NCBI RefSeq assembly: GCF_016433145.1
Contig: NC_058135.1
Span: 267,492,781-267,556,780, forward strand
From: Gracilinanus agilis
Lineage: Eukaryota
Direction: 5' to 3'
Length of the DNA: 64,000 bases
A model generated the notes under the pieces. It ran no database searches, was not told the origin of the DNA, and was given only the letters and a program-made list of their open reading frames with translations. Below, in pieces: positions 1 to 12,301 of this stretch. The translations under genes and the position numbers were made by a program. Numbering within the stretch: position 1 is the first letter of the stretch; each line of letters begins with the position of its first letter.

Positions 1-368
1 TCCCCTTTCCCCCCTCTTTCCTTCCTTCCTCCCCCCCCACACCCCCTCCTAACTAACAGCACGTGTTTTTGCAGTGTGGCTGACCAAGGTTAGCATCTCA
101 GCCGGTGGCTCTAGCACAGAGCAATGAGCAGCCCCCACAGGAATCAGACTCATGCCCTTGGCGTGATTTGCGCAGGACTCTCCTCCTGTACTAATCACAA
201 ATGCTGAGTGTCCCTTGGTATTCACGAGCACCCCAGCAGACCCAGCAGAATCACAGACTCCGGGGTGCCCGGGCCCTCTCCAGCCACCCACCCGTGGGTG
301 CATGTCCCAGAGCCGTGTGTCCGGTGGGGCGTCCCGTTGGCAGTAACCCGCCGGCCCTTGTGTTTCAG

Positions 369-628
369 GCACGGTGGTTGCAGAAAGCAATGGCTCGGAC
401 GGGCTGGAGAGTCTGAGCGATGCCCAGATGTCCGAAGAGATGCTGGCTCTGGTGGACGAATTCGAGAACGCCTGGCCGCTCGAAGCCTTCGAAGGCGCGC
501 TCGAGGTCAAAGGGCGGCGGATGGACCTGCAGGGGATTCGGGTGCTGAAAAAAGGCCTCCAGGACGGAGTGGCCAGCTCCTCCTGCTTCGGCGACTGCGG
601 AGATGACGACGACGACGAGACGGAATGG
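369..628 (+). CDS. TTC17: TTC17 coding exon (first of 8 in window), (G)TVVAESNGSDG...CFGDCGDDDDDETEW
   Basis: Acceptor tgtttcAG at 367-368 and donor GTAAGA at 629. The translation SEEMLALVDEFENAWPLEAFEGALEVKGRRMDLQGIRVLKKG matches recalled vertebrate TTC17. 260 nt, ends in phase 0. Confidence 0.93.
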
Positions 629-707
629 GTAAGACGCAGCCGACTCAGGGCACAGTTTGAGATGTCCCTGGGGTGGTGGCTCCCTTCTGTTTAAAATAGA
701 TTAACTT

Positions 708-889
708 GGGGGCAGCTGGGTGGCTCGATGGGTGGAGAGCCAGGCCCAGAGATAGGAGATCCTCAAATCCGGCCTCGGACACTTCCCAGCTGTGTGACCC
801 TGGGCAAGTCACTTGACCCCCATGGCCCACCCTTACCACTCTTCCACCAAGGAGCCAATACACAGAAGTTAAGGGTTTAAAAAAAAAAG
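708..889 (+). mobile_element. SINE1_Mdo-type tRNA/CORE SINE, short-tail variant
   Basis: GGGGCAGCTGGGTGGCTC...GACCCTGGGCAAGTCACTTGACCCC...GGAGCCAATACACAGAAGTTAAGGGTTT plus A-tail. CpGs are retained. Confidence 0.9.
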
Positions 890-1244
890 TCTCTGAGCCC
901 TTCCATATTCTCTTGGATGTGGCTTTGTCAGAGGTTGCAGAACCTTAAGGAAATCCAGGCTTAGGGTTCATTTAACGAAGATTGCAGATACCTGAATCCC
1001 TTTGTCTTCTGTTGGGTCTCTTAATAAATGTCCTAGTGCCGCTTTGGCTTTTGCATCATTGGATTAAATTTTCTCTCTTTGGCGATCTCGCTGAAGTTCA
1101 CAGAGGGAGAAAACAATGACTATTTCAGATTTCCTAGGTCTTGCTTTGTCCTTCTTTTCGTGGCGTTCCCCAAGTCAGCCATCCTCTCCCACCCCCAGCC
1201 CCTGAGCCGCTGATCTTATTTGTCCTCGTGCTTTCCTTTCTCAG

Positions 1245-1410
1245 ATCACATTCCAGGTGAAACGTTTAAAGAAACCCAAGGTAGAAAGCTCGGACTCTCA
1301 GGAACCACCTGGGAAAAACAACGAGGAGCAGATGCAGGCAGAAAATGAACGCCGTTTTCAGAAGACTCTGGAAATTAGTGGCCCCAAGATACCCGCCCCC
1401 GGACCGCAAG
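1245..1410 (+). CDS. TTC17: TTC17 coding exon, ITFQVKRLKKPK...LEISGPKIPAPGPQG
   Basis: Polypyrimidine tract plus AG at 1243-1244 and donor GTAAGA at 1411. 166 nt, phase 0 to 1, joins the flanking exons in frame. Confidence 0.93.
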
Positions 1411-1893
1411 GTAAGAGCATCTTCGTTCTCGAGGTCTCGGGCCTCATCTATCATATTTACTGTCCACGTCAGCCATCGCAGGGGAAGGTCCAGCTTGAAA
1501 GATTTCAGGCTGAGAGAGCAGAGGTTGCTCCGCCTTCCGTACCTGAGCTCGCAGCTCGCACATTAAACTCATTTCTTTATCTACCTGCATTTTCACCATG
1601 TTATTAGTTTGGCGTGTCGAGCATCTACTTTCTCAGACCAAAAGACAAGCCGGCCTTCCGTTCCCTTTGACGTGCTGTGGTTTCGTGTTTGACTTTTTCC
1701 CACCATCTGAAATAATGCCTTCTCGTATAGTCTCAATTTTTTCAAATCAATTCATTAATCACTCTGTAAACATTTATTAAGTACCAATCATGAAGGCAAA
1801 GGTCCTGCCCTTAGAGAACTTACAGTCTTAATGGGGGAGCCAGCCTGGAAACAACTGTGTGCAAGCTGTTTAGGATGAATTAAAGGGAATGAG

Positions 1894-2085
1894 TTGGGGG
1901 CAGCTGGGTAGCTCAGTGGAAGGAGAGTCAGGCCTAGAGACAGGAGGTCCTAGGTTCAAATCTGGCCTCAGACACTTCCCAGGTGTGTGACCCTGGGCAA
2001 GTCATTTGACCCCCATTGCCCACCCTTGCCACTCTTCCATCTAGGAGCCAATACACAGAAGTTAAGGGTTTAAAAAAAAAAAACA
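1894..2085 (+). mobile_element. SINE1_Mdo-type SINE, short-tail variant, 16-bp TSD
   Basis: Same body as 708-889. TSD AATTAAAGGGAATGAG at 1878-1893 and 2086-2101. Confidence 0.92.
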
Positions 2086-2319
2086 AATTAAAGGGAATGA
2101 GCAGAAGGCAGGCACTAGAACTAAGGAAGAGGGGAGAGAGGAGGTGCTGCCCATCCTTAAGCCACTGGCCCTATGATAGAGTTGCTTTAAGAAAGATTAT
2201 CTCTGTCTCTCTCGAGGCATCTTTACTAAGTTAGATCAGGCTCCATCAAATAACTCCATTCTATTTTGCTTTGAAGTAGTCTTTTTAGCAGGGAGGAAAC
2301 ATATTCTTTTAGGCATTTG

Positions 2320-3392
2320 ATGGTCGGTCGGTTGTTGTCCTTCGTACTCAGAGGACCAAAACAACATCACTATGTCAGAGTCGACATACAGTACGTCCAA
2401 CTGGAGCTGATCAGCCCCATGAGAACTTTGAAGTCTCTCCCGGAGGTCGAGCACAAATAGTCCCTCTGCACTCTGGCGATGGCGTTGTCTCTAAAGTTGT
2501 GCCTTTCACGTTTCTTTGGAGCGCTGGCAATCCTGCTCTGCTCATGGAGCGCAGGGCCTTCTTTGAGGAGGGGACGCCATGCGGGATGGCCCTATGCCGG
2601 TGTCTCCAGAGAGACCTCAAAAGCATCCTCATATCACGTCTTCTTACCTCTCTGTGAGTGCTTGCCTTGTGTGAGTTTTCCTTAAAATAGTCTTTTAGGC
2701 AAATATACATTTAATATTCAGGCATGACCAGCCATTAGAGTTGTATTCTGTAGCAATCCAGGTATACATTAATTGTGATATTATTTTAAGAAGTATTCAA
2801 AAACTTAACTCTTATACTGCTAATGATTGATCCCTGCAATCCTGAGTCAAATTGAATGTTGACCTTGCCAAATCCCTAGCCCTTCCCTAAGGCTACACCC
2901 CAGAAGAGAGTCAGTTATCTCAGTCTCCTTACTTTTCCTTCAATGATCAATTAACATAGGTATCAAACATCATTAGATGCCTTAGGCCATATCCACCCTG
3001 GATCCTGATCTTAGCTCTACTTATTGTTTCAGATTTTGGCAGTTTACCTCATAATGTTAATGTATCAGGCCACCAGCCTCTCCCCTTCCCCCCATACTGT
3101 TGTAACCCCAATAAAAGTGACAAGACATCAGTTGGCAAGAGAGCTCTTGACCATCAGAGCTCCTAACCATGAAGCTCTTGACCATCAGAGCTTACTCGCT
3201 GTCTGTCTACCTTATGCCAAAACTTTCTATGTCTGTGTATTTTTATTCTCTCCTTATGTTCTCTTTCCATTAATCCTTAACCCGTAACCCATTTTCACTC
3301 AGTCCTTGGTTCCCCTTTCTAAGTGTCCAACCCACTAGGAATCTTCGTGAAGCTGCTGGACGGCTTCATATTCTCTGCAATAAAGTCTGAAA
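2320..3392 (-). mobile_element. RTE LINE 3' fragment, interrupted by the LTR at 2749-3368
   Basis: The minus strand resembles the RTE ORF C-terminus (RWAGHV..LPKRLFYGEL..C2H2-like end). Similarity resumes at 3374 after the LTR. Confidence 0.8.
2749..3368 (+). mobile_element. Solo LTR (620 bp), TG...CA with 5-bp TSD TATTC
   Basis: Starts TGTAGC and ends CTTCA. TATTC at 2744-2748 and 3369-3373, AATAAA at 3110, internal repeat agctcttgaccatcagagct x2. Confidence 0.85.
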
Positions 3393-3489
3393 ATTGATCC
3401 CTAGAGAGATGAGATGAATTACCTTAGATCATGGAGCCAATTAGTGAGAGAGGAGAGACTAGAACCCCGATCTCCTAAAAGCCACTACA

Positions 3490-4400
3490 GGTCATTTCAC
3501 TATAGCAGGTGACAAGAACTAATAAAGGGAATGACATCCAAGAACAAATACAAAAGTATAATATACATACTTATACCAATAGTATTGGGAAGACTAAAAC
3601 CACCAGAATGAGCTGAGATTTGCAAAAATGCCAAAGACAACAAAAAAGGAAAAAGAGGGAATCAAAGTGAGTTGGGAATGCAGTGGAGCTGTGTTTACAC
3701 CAAGACAAAGAGCAAGAGAAAGGCAGCTCCACTGTTTGGGAAAGATGGTTTAATGTCAACTTCAAATTTAGTTCCACTTTATCCACTGAGGAAAAAGATA
3801 TTCAAACTGGAAAGAATTCATCATTAAGAAGAATCTGAAACCAAAGCTAGAAGTATAAATAATTTTTTAAATCACCAAGTTGAGTTAAATCAGTTCAAGT
3901 CTCTTGGCTCAAAAGAATAACTCTTAGGGTGTTGAGAAATACATTTGCAAATGTGCCTGTGGAATCATTGTTGGCCCTTTTTGAAAAATCACAATAAGGG
4001 GCAGCTGGGTGGCTCAATGGATTGAGAGCCAGGCCTAGAGGTGGGAGGTCTTGGGTTCAAAAGTGGCCTCAGACACTTCCTAGTTATGCAACCCTGGGCA
4101 AGAAACTTAACCCCAGTTGCCTGGTCTTTACTGCTTTTCTGCTTTGAACCAATACTTAGTATTGACTCTAAGGCAGAAGATAAGGATTTAAAAAAAAAAG
4201 AAAGAAAGAAAGAAAGAAAAATTAGGATAAATGGAAGGAGAGAAAAGGTAGAGTTTAGAAATTACAGATTAATAAACTGGGCATTGATCATTTCAAAGAA
4301 AAGATAGAATTTAGAATAGATTATTAAAGAAATGGCTTTGAGTCCTTGGAGGAGGAGAAGGGTGAACACTAATATCTACAACAAGTTCAACAAAACAAGT
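3490..4400 (+). mobile_element. L3/CR1 LINE fragment with an inserted SINE (~3998-4200)
   Basis: Decayed CR1 ORF2 motifs (gagctgagatttgcaaaaatgccaaagacaacaaaaaagg resembles ELRLARNAKDNKKG). Confidence 0.65.
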
Positions 4401-4629
4401 CATTTCTAATCTTGATCCTGAGCTATTGTAGTACAAACAATAAAAATACTTTCCTTCTCTCCATAGAGAAGTGGGAAAAGATCAAAGAAGTGGGGAGCTA
4501 TAGTTATGCACTGTCTGTACTCTCAGAGAGTTTTCTTAACTGGAAGAAATATTGGGTTAGAAGGGTGGCACATTATCCACTGAAAGATTTATTATTTTCC
4601 AAAACCTAATAAACAATGTTAACAGAAGA

Positions 4630-5480
4630 AAACATAATCTTTTAAACGTTAAAAATTTTTTTCAAAATTACATGTAAAAACAATTTTTTTTTTAAATTTT
4701 TTAAACCCTTACCTTGTGTCTTGGAATCAGTACTATGTATTGGTTCCAAAGCAGAAGAGTGGTAAGGGCTAGGCAATGGGAGTCAAGTGACTTGCCCAGG
4801 GTCACACAGCTGGGAAGTGTCTGAGGCCAGATTTGAACCTAGGACCTCCCATCACTAGGCCTGGCTCTCAATCCACTGAGCTACCCAGCTGACCCCTAGA
4901 AACAATTTTTAACAATTATTATATGACATTTTGCAATTCAGATTCTCTGCCTCATTCCTTCCCCTCCTCCCTCCCTGATAAAGCCAGTAGTCTGACATAG
5001 GTTATACCAGTGTTGTCATATAATATGTATTTCCATATTCCTCATGCTGGAAAGAAAATGTACATTGCATATACAAGAAAAAACTCATGAAGGAAATAAA
5101 ATGAAGGATGGTATGCTTCGATCTATAGTCTGACTGCAACGGTTCCTTCTTTGACTCATCATGAGGCCCTTGGAATTATCCTGGAAACTTGCATTGTTGA
5201 TAATAATTTAGTCCTTCACAATTGATCATCCTTCAATATTTCTATTACTGTATACACTGTTCTCCTGGTTCAGCTCATTGCACGTTGCATCAGTTCATAT
5301 ACTTGCCAGATTTTTCTGAACTCACATCCTGTTCATCATTTCTGGTGGTGCCATAGTGTTCCATTGTAATCCAACATACAAGTTATTCAGCCTGATTTAT
5401 GGACATCCCCTCAGTTTCCTATTTTTTGTCACTACAAAAAGAGCTGCTATAAATATTTTTTGTACAAGTAGGTCCTTGAT
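4630..5480 (-). mobile_element. L1 3' UTR/ORF2-end fragment with a SINE inserted at ~4700-4896
   Basis: Marsupial L1 3'-end motifs (aagagctgctataaatatttttgtaca). The SINE is flanked by aaacaattttt. Confidence 0.7.
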
Positions 5481-8400
5481 CTCTAGAAAGTATAATTAAA
5501 GAGAATGAATTCTTGTGTAAAAAATTGAAGACCCTAAAGAGCACAGAGAGCGACTTCATCATTGCCACCAGTGGAAGACAAGAGCTTTGGAAGAGAGATG
5601 AAAATCTGGGATATGAATAACTGATTACAAATATAGAGTCTGAAAAAAGGGATTATTGAGATTAAAATATAGAAATGATGAATTCCTGCCAAGGATAGGA
5701 GTTTATATCTAACAAGGGCTGATATATATATGTATATATATATCAGGAATTTTTTATCTAGTTAAATAGTCAAAAATCTAGTCAAATAGGCTTTAAAATA
5801 AAAAGGAAGAAGGGACACAACTGCCCATATCCGCTAAACCAGATACAATACAGAGTAGCTATAATTTAAAACATTGATAGAGAAGGTCACAGAAGGCAAA
5901 AATCCAAGAAAGCGTGCCATAAAATATATGACCTCAGATATCTATGCCCATATATATAAAGTATGAATAACAAGAAAAATGAATTGTCCTATTAAGGAGG
6001 CAAATATGACCTTGTAGAGATCTCCTGAGGCTTAAAGAATGGGACCTCTATGACTTTTAAAAGGATATGGTTTTTTTTTTAAATAAGGAATGCTCTTACC
6101 ATGTGCCAAGCATGTACTAAACTCCAGGAATACAAAGGCAAGAAAGAAAAGAGTTTTTGTCCTTAAGGGGGCTTATATTCAGAAAAACAATGTACACACA
6201 TATAAGAAAAGCAAAACACATCCAAAGTACATACAAAGTAATTTTTTTTTAAATCCTTACCTTTTGTCTTAGTATCAATTCTGAGACAAGTAAGGGCTAC
6301 ACAATTGGGATTAAGTGACTTGCCAGGGGGCACACAGCTAGGAAGTATCTGAGGAAAGATTTGAACTCAGGTCCTCCTGACTCCAGACCTGATTCTCTGT
6401 CCACTGGCCTACCTAGTTGCCCCCCAAAAATATAATTTCACTAAGAGAGAAACAACTAGGATGATGGAGAAAGTCTTCAAGAAGTTTGCACTTGAGTTGA
6501 GCTTTGAAAAAAAGCTAGATTCTAAAAGGCAGAAGCCCACTCAAGAAAGACTGAGTATTAAGAAGCCATATTCATATAAGGAGGTCCAGGAAACATGGTG
6601 GTGAACAGTCCACAGAAGCTGAACGCAAAGCCACGTTGTCATCAGAATATGCCACAGATCACCAGGACCGAAAGAGGAAATAGATAAAGAGTTTGGAAAT
6701 CATATCACCAATATGCTCCCTCTGCCAAAAGCAAAATAGTTAAAATTTTCTTGGCTTGCATTAATGATGGTTTCATCCTTCAGAAGATGGAGAGAAGCAA
6801 CAAAAGAACCACTTTGCTAGATCTAAATCTCATCCAAAATGAAAAACTGCTATCTTGGGTGGATGTGATGGGAACTGTAGCCATTCTAAGAAAAAAGCTA
6901 AAAATAGACTGGCATGCACCCTAGACTTTTGAAGAAAAAAAAATTACGAAGGGTTCAGAGAAAGGATGAGTAGAACTTCATGGACAAAAACTCTGCAGAA
7001 ATCCACTCAGGGAAAGCTCTCAAGAATGGCATTCTGAAGACTCAAAGAAAAATTATTCTGAGTAAGAGAAGAGGGAATTGCCTAAGGAAACGATATGGCT
7101 ATACAGGCAGCCCAACTTAGATTTTGCAAATGCATATGCAGCAATAGAAGGAGGGGCAGGTAAATAAGAGGATAAATACAGAAACATGACAAGATCCTCC
7201 TAGATCAGTGTCTGAAGCACTAAGCCTCAGAATGCGTTGAACCTGGCTAGCACAGATAAGAACAACAGCAACAACAAAAAATGGGTAGAAATACTCAGAA
7301 GGGATAGGTAGAATGATAATGGGGAGAAGGCAGAATTGCTCATTTTTTACTTTGCTTCTTTTTTCTCTTCCAAGAAGAAAAATCTTTGGAATAGGAAGAA
7401 AACAAAATGTTTAGTAGAGAGTTGAAACTCAAGATAAGAAGGAAGAGATAGTAAGCACATACCTTATGAGTTAAATCACAAGGTCCAGAAGAACAGTATC
7501 TTAGGGTCCTAAAATAACTCACAGATACAATTGCTAAGTCACCAACAATGATCTTTTGAAGAATGCAGAGAGAGAGAGAGAGCACAGTACTGGAGAAGGG
7601 CAAATGTCTCCATTTTGATTGCCAGAGAGAGAGAGAGTGTGTGAGTGTAAATGGAATCTACAGCCAAGTTAATGATCTTGACTTTGATCCTGAGGAACCA
7701 AGAACCAAGAACTACCAAGAAGAGGTTATGCCAGACTAACCTATTTTTCCTTTTTTGACAGGGTTATTACACTGGTAGGTCAGGGAAATGCTTTAGCTCT
7801 AATAGAATTAAATTTTAATAAATAAAACATTTGACAAAAAGCTCATTATATTATCCTTGTGGAAAGTATGGAAGGATATGGGAAAGTGCTGATCTAGCTA
7901 AATGAATCCAAAATTGGTAGAATGGTTGGACCCCACAGAGTGGTCATTAATGACTTTAAATCAGTTAGAAAGAGATAGAGTGTATCATGGTTCTGTCGTT
8001 GACCCTGTGCCTATTAATAATGAACACTTTTAGCAATAACTTGGATAAAGATATCAATGATGTGCTCATCATGTTTGCAGATGACAGTAAGTGGGTAGGA
8101 ATAGGTAACACTTTGAATGACAGAATCAGAATCCAAATTATTTTAGTAGGGGATGAATCTAATAAGATAAAATTTAGTAAGGATTAATGTCTTACACCTG
8201 GATTCAAAAAACCAGCCTTTCAAGTACAAGATGGAAAAGGTATGGCTAGATAACAGTTTAGGGATTATTTTTAGTGACAATGTCAGTATGAACCAGCAGT
8301 GTGATACTTCAATATTCTAGTGATTCTCTGATTTCTTCAATGTGAGTACTCCATCCAAAAATGCATATCCATATTGGCCTATCATATAGGACTCATGTCC

Positions 8401-10010
8401 ACGTCTCCATGGCCTCCCACCAAACTGCTCCAGACAGTAATGTAGTGGTGATCATTCTTCCATTCTCGTGATATAGTATACTTACCAAAGAAGTCAGCAG
8501 GCTTTACATCAATTATTCCTCATTCTTGCTACATATCCTGCTGGCTTTTCTTTTTCTGTGGTCCCCTTTTTTTATTTTTTTTAAATAATAAGCAAGATTT
8601 TTTCAAAACCTTTGATATCTAACTCTCTTGACAAATAATACCTTAATACTCTCAAAATTGCATTATCAGCATGGTCCTTTCCTTTGTATATTGTAGTCTT
8701 CCTGCACTGTTTTCTTCACTCTTATTTTTGTCTTCTCAATATATTCAGGACTGTGATGATAGAATATGAAAGATGATGACTTTACTGTCCCTAGTGACAA
8801 AAGTAGTTAATTGTAAAAATTTCTGCAGATCTTTTCCATTTTTTGCTCTTTTCTTGTCCTTTTAGTTCCATCCTTAAATGCCTTTGGGATGGCTTTGCCT
8901 TTCCCCAAGCTTTCATTAAGTGTATTTTTCCTTCCACTACTTCTCCCCATTTTGTGAGCCAATAAAGTTCACTCTTCTATCATCCAGCTCTATAAAGGAG
9001 TTTATATTCTAAACTAGCTTTGCATTTGGCCACCATCTCTCTGCTTAGCAAAGACATCAAATGTTTGCTGGCCACCATGATTTCTAGGCTCTTGGTTTCC
9101 TCATGGCAATTATTTTACATCAATTAAACTTCTTTTTAAAATTATTATAATTGCCATGTGACCTTAGGCCAGTCACTTAACCCCAGTCTTTACCACAGTT
9201 TTGCTTTAGAATTTAGAATTTAGAATTAATACATAGTATTGATTCTAAGACAAAAGGTAACAGTTTTAGAAACAGATCAAAAATTTTATTATAATCATTG
9301 TCAACATCCGTTTCTGGATCTGATTCTCCTATTTTATGTCACTTATAGAAACATCTTTGCTGTTTAAATAGGTTAGGTTGTAGTTGTTTAAATTACAAGC
9401 CATATCTTTTCCATAGTGTTGCATGGGAGCTAAAAAAACTAATGCCATCTTAGGCTGTGCCAAGAGATATGATGTCCATAGTAAGACATTGCTAACCATG
9501 CTGTATTTTGCCTTGGTCAGAGCATATATGGAGTTTTGCTAAGTTCTAAGCAGCACCATATTTTAAGGAAGCATCTATAAGTTGGAAATTGAGCAGAGGA
9601 TAAAAAGCAGAATGCTGAAGGTCCTCAATATTATACCATATGAGGATGAGGATGCTTATATTGGAGAAGAGGAGACTTCAAGGGGTCGTGCTACATGTAT
9701 TCAAAGAGTTTTCATGAGGGGAAAAGTTTAGCCATGTTCTCCTTGGTACCCCAAAGAGCAAAACAAGGAGTAAGAACATAATGGGTAGAAGTTAGAGAGA
9801 AAAAGAGATTAAGATGCGATATAAGGAAAAATTAAAGCTATGTGATAATGGAAGGTCTTACCTCTCAGGTAATGCATCTCCAATTCTCATTCCCTTTTGA
9901 AAGGTCTTCAGATTCAAGTAGGATGACCATATGTTTGATATGTGGTAAAGAGAATCTTCCTTGGGTATGACTTCAAATAGATGGTCTAGAAAGTTCCTTC
10001 CAACACTAGA
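5480..10010 (+). mobile_element. Long decayed L3/CR1 LINE (ORF1 end, endonuclease, RT, 3' end) with nested insertions
   Basis: LKYRNDEFL..GVY resembles the CR1 ORF1 esterase end (~5670-5720). EN-start-like sequence at ~5940-6080. ORF 7987-8187 NTFSNNLDKDINDVLIMFADDSK resembles CR1 RT NIFINDLD..LIKFADDTK. 3' part at 9410-10010. Confidence 0.8.
8320..9130 (-). mobile_element. RTE1_Mars-like LINE 3' fragment inserted in L3
   Basis: The reverse complement ends ggagtactcacattgaagaaatcagagaatc, like the recalled marsupial RTE 3' end GGAGTACCCACATTGATGAGATCACAGATC. Confidence 0.6.
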
Positions 10011-10220
10011 ATTCCATAAAAATCTGGGAAATCAGATTTTAAGCCTCCGCACCAAAAGCTATCCTCTCCCAGGGTCATCTGTGGCCATTCCCAGGAGGTA
10101 TTCTGGGATTCTTCTTGTTTCTCTTGTTGCTTGATCAAGATCTTTATCTTATTTCCCCCACTCCTCAGGATTACTCTCTATCCACTGTATCATACTGCCT
10201 CTCTTATTTGAAAAATAATT

Positions 10221-10288
10221 ATAGATAGATAGATAGATAGATAGATAGATGATAAAGTAGATGAAGTAGATAGATAAAGTAGATAGAT

Positions 10289-10342
<54 letters not shown>

Positions 10343-10365
10343 CAGACAGACTGACAGACAGATAG
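10221..10365. repeat. (GATA)n/(GACA)n tetranucleotide microsatellite
   Basis: Directly visible. Confidence 0.98.
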
Positions 10366-10725
10366 AGTTGTTCAATTGTTCAGTCGTGTCCATCTCTTCT
10401 AAGGCTTCTGAGACAGAACCCTTCATGACCCCATGGACCATAGCACATCATGCCCTTCTACATTCCACTCTCTCTAAGTCTGCCCACGTTCTTATTCGTT
10501 GTTTCAATGACACTATCTATCCATCTCATCCTCTGACTTCTCTTTTTTGCCTGTAATCTTTCCCAAAATCAGGGTCCTTTCCAGTGAGTCCCGTCTTCTC
10601 ATTATGTGGCCAAAATATTTAAGCTTCCACTTCATTATTTGAATAGTCTAATTAATTTCTTTGAGTAGTGACTGATTTGATCTCCTTGCTGTCCAAGGGA
10701 CTCCCAAAAGCCTTCTCTAGCACCA
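10366..10725 (-). mobile_element. BovB (RTE-BovB) 3' fragment
   Basis: cagtcgtgtcc...gaccccatggaccatagcac...tgatctccttgctgtccaagggactc matches the recalled BovB 3' consensus. Confidence 0.85.
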
Positions 10726-10739
10726 TAGACCATATAGAC

Positions 10740-11570
10740 ATGCATATTTTTTCCCCGGTGGAATCTTCTTTATTTTTCAGTAAATGTCACTGGCAGATAT
10801 ATACGACATGAAAAAAATCCATTTTCACACAACAATCTGGAAGCATTTTGGTCTGGAAAATAGGTTCATTATAATTAGAACAGGCCTATAAATTTCAAGT
10901 ATTTATTAAAAATGTTTGTCTCTATGAAGATTATAATTGTCCTGTGTCTTATCTATCTACCTCTCTATATTTAGCACACATATGCACACACACATATATA
11001 GTATATATGTGCACATTACATATTATATTCCTTAGTCCATAGATGATATCTGTTTGTATCTTTGTTTTTTGCATGCTGATTTGCAGGCCTCTGACAAAAA
11101 CTCCCCAGCCCTGACCCCACAAAGGCAACCATTGTCCTTTGTACTTAATGCTCCGATTGGACATTGAAAATTGATTTTGAAATAACTTCTTCATTAATAA
11201 TTTGTGGTTTCTTACTTGTCAATAGTCAGTTTTCATTTTTTTGTGATGCTCTCCAGTGCTTAACAAGTCTAGTATCTTCAAATTCTCTTATTAAAGGACA
11301 TGCTCGTGATATGAAGGCATGAGGCTTTTGAATCCTTTCTCCACCTTCATTTCTGAATCCCGAACCATATTTTTCTGCGTACTTATTGCTGTCTTCTCTA
11401 CACCCATCTTGAGCAGGGAAGTCACCAAATTTCAATAAATAGTGCTCATTAAAAAAATTTTGAAGTCTTCATAAAGAATTCCTTCATAAAAATTCATGAA
11501 AACTTCTTCATCCTTTCTAGCAAATGTTGGTGCACAAGCTGATGTTATCTTTGTGATGCTTCATTTGCTT
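10740..11570 (-). mobile_element. RTE LINE endonuclease-domain fragment
   Basis: ORF 11226-11435 FGDFPA...EKYGSGFRNEGGERI resembles APE endonuclease GDFNA..GKYGSG.RNERG.R. Confidence 0.75.
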
Positions 11571-12092
11571 ATCACTTAAACGACAAGCATTTATTAAATG
11601 CTTACTATGTAGTGAACGCCTTGCTCTCTGTGGGGATTTGAAGAAGGGTACAAACAGGTCTGCCCTAAAGGAGACCACATTTATATGCTCATTATGAGCC
11701 CTTCAAGGAGAAATGACCAAGTGCCTCTTGAAATGGTCTTTCTTGTTGCCTTTGAGTACAGAAGGAAACCATTTCATCCAGGAGAACCTTGATCTGTCCT
11801 TTCACTTTAGCTATACCTTTGGTATCTTCTGGGCTTATTTAGAATGAGAATGTCAACATGGATATGGTTTACTTCCAAAGTGTAGCCATTCACTGGTTGC
11901 CGAATGGAGAAAAAAATAACAAATTGGGTGAAATCAAAATGTAGGAGAGCTGAATTAATAGCAGTTCATACAGTAAAGACCTGGGAATTTTAGATGACCA
12001 CAAGCTTTATGTTTGTATGGCATAAACCAAATATATGATAGAGATCATTAAAAAATAATAAAACTGCACTCATAAAAGTATTGTCTCTAGAC

Positions 12093-12258
12093 CTAGAGTC
12101 CCATGAAGTTGGATGGAAAAAATTTTATTTTATTTTCTTTATTTTTTATTTTAGCTTTATTTTCACTAATCTCTAACTGAAGTTTAACATTTTATTCACT
12201 TATTTTAAAACATTACTCTGAGGAGTCCATAGATTTCACCAATTGCCCAAAGGGTCCG

Positions 12259-12299
<41 letters not shown>
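12093..12299 (+). mobile_element. hAT/Charlie-type MITE inserted in an L3 fragment; right end overtaken by (CA)n
   Basis: Flanks CTCTAGAC (12085-12092) and GTCTAGAC (12300-12307) fit the Charlie NTCTAGAN target. The body is related to 19121-19308. (CA)n at ~12259-12299. Confidence 0.65.

Positions 12300-12301
<2 letters not shown>

Noticed and set aside
49-606. Overlapping ORFs 49-510(-), 201-416(+) and 208-606(+)
   Set aside because: These are shadow frames of the GC-rich TTC17 exon and its flank, with no recognisable protein.
602-619. Asp run (GAT/GAC x5) in TTC17
   Set aside because: A short acidic tract in a region that is acidic in orthologues, so not unusual.
1411-1607. ORF 1257-1607 continuing 65 codons past the exon donor
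   Set aside because: There is a strong GTAAGA donor at 1411, and the extension has no TTC17 similarity.
10190-10441. ORFs with SIYLSIYL, and IYIYIY / YLYLYL (51136-51652)
   Set aside because: These are translations of microsatellites.
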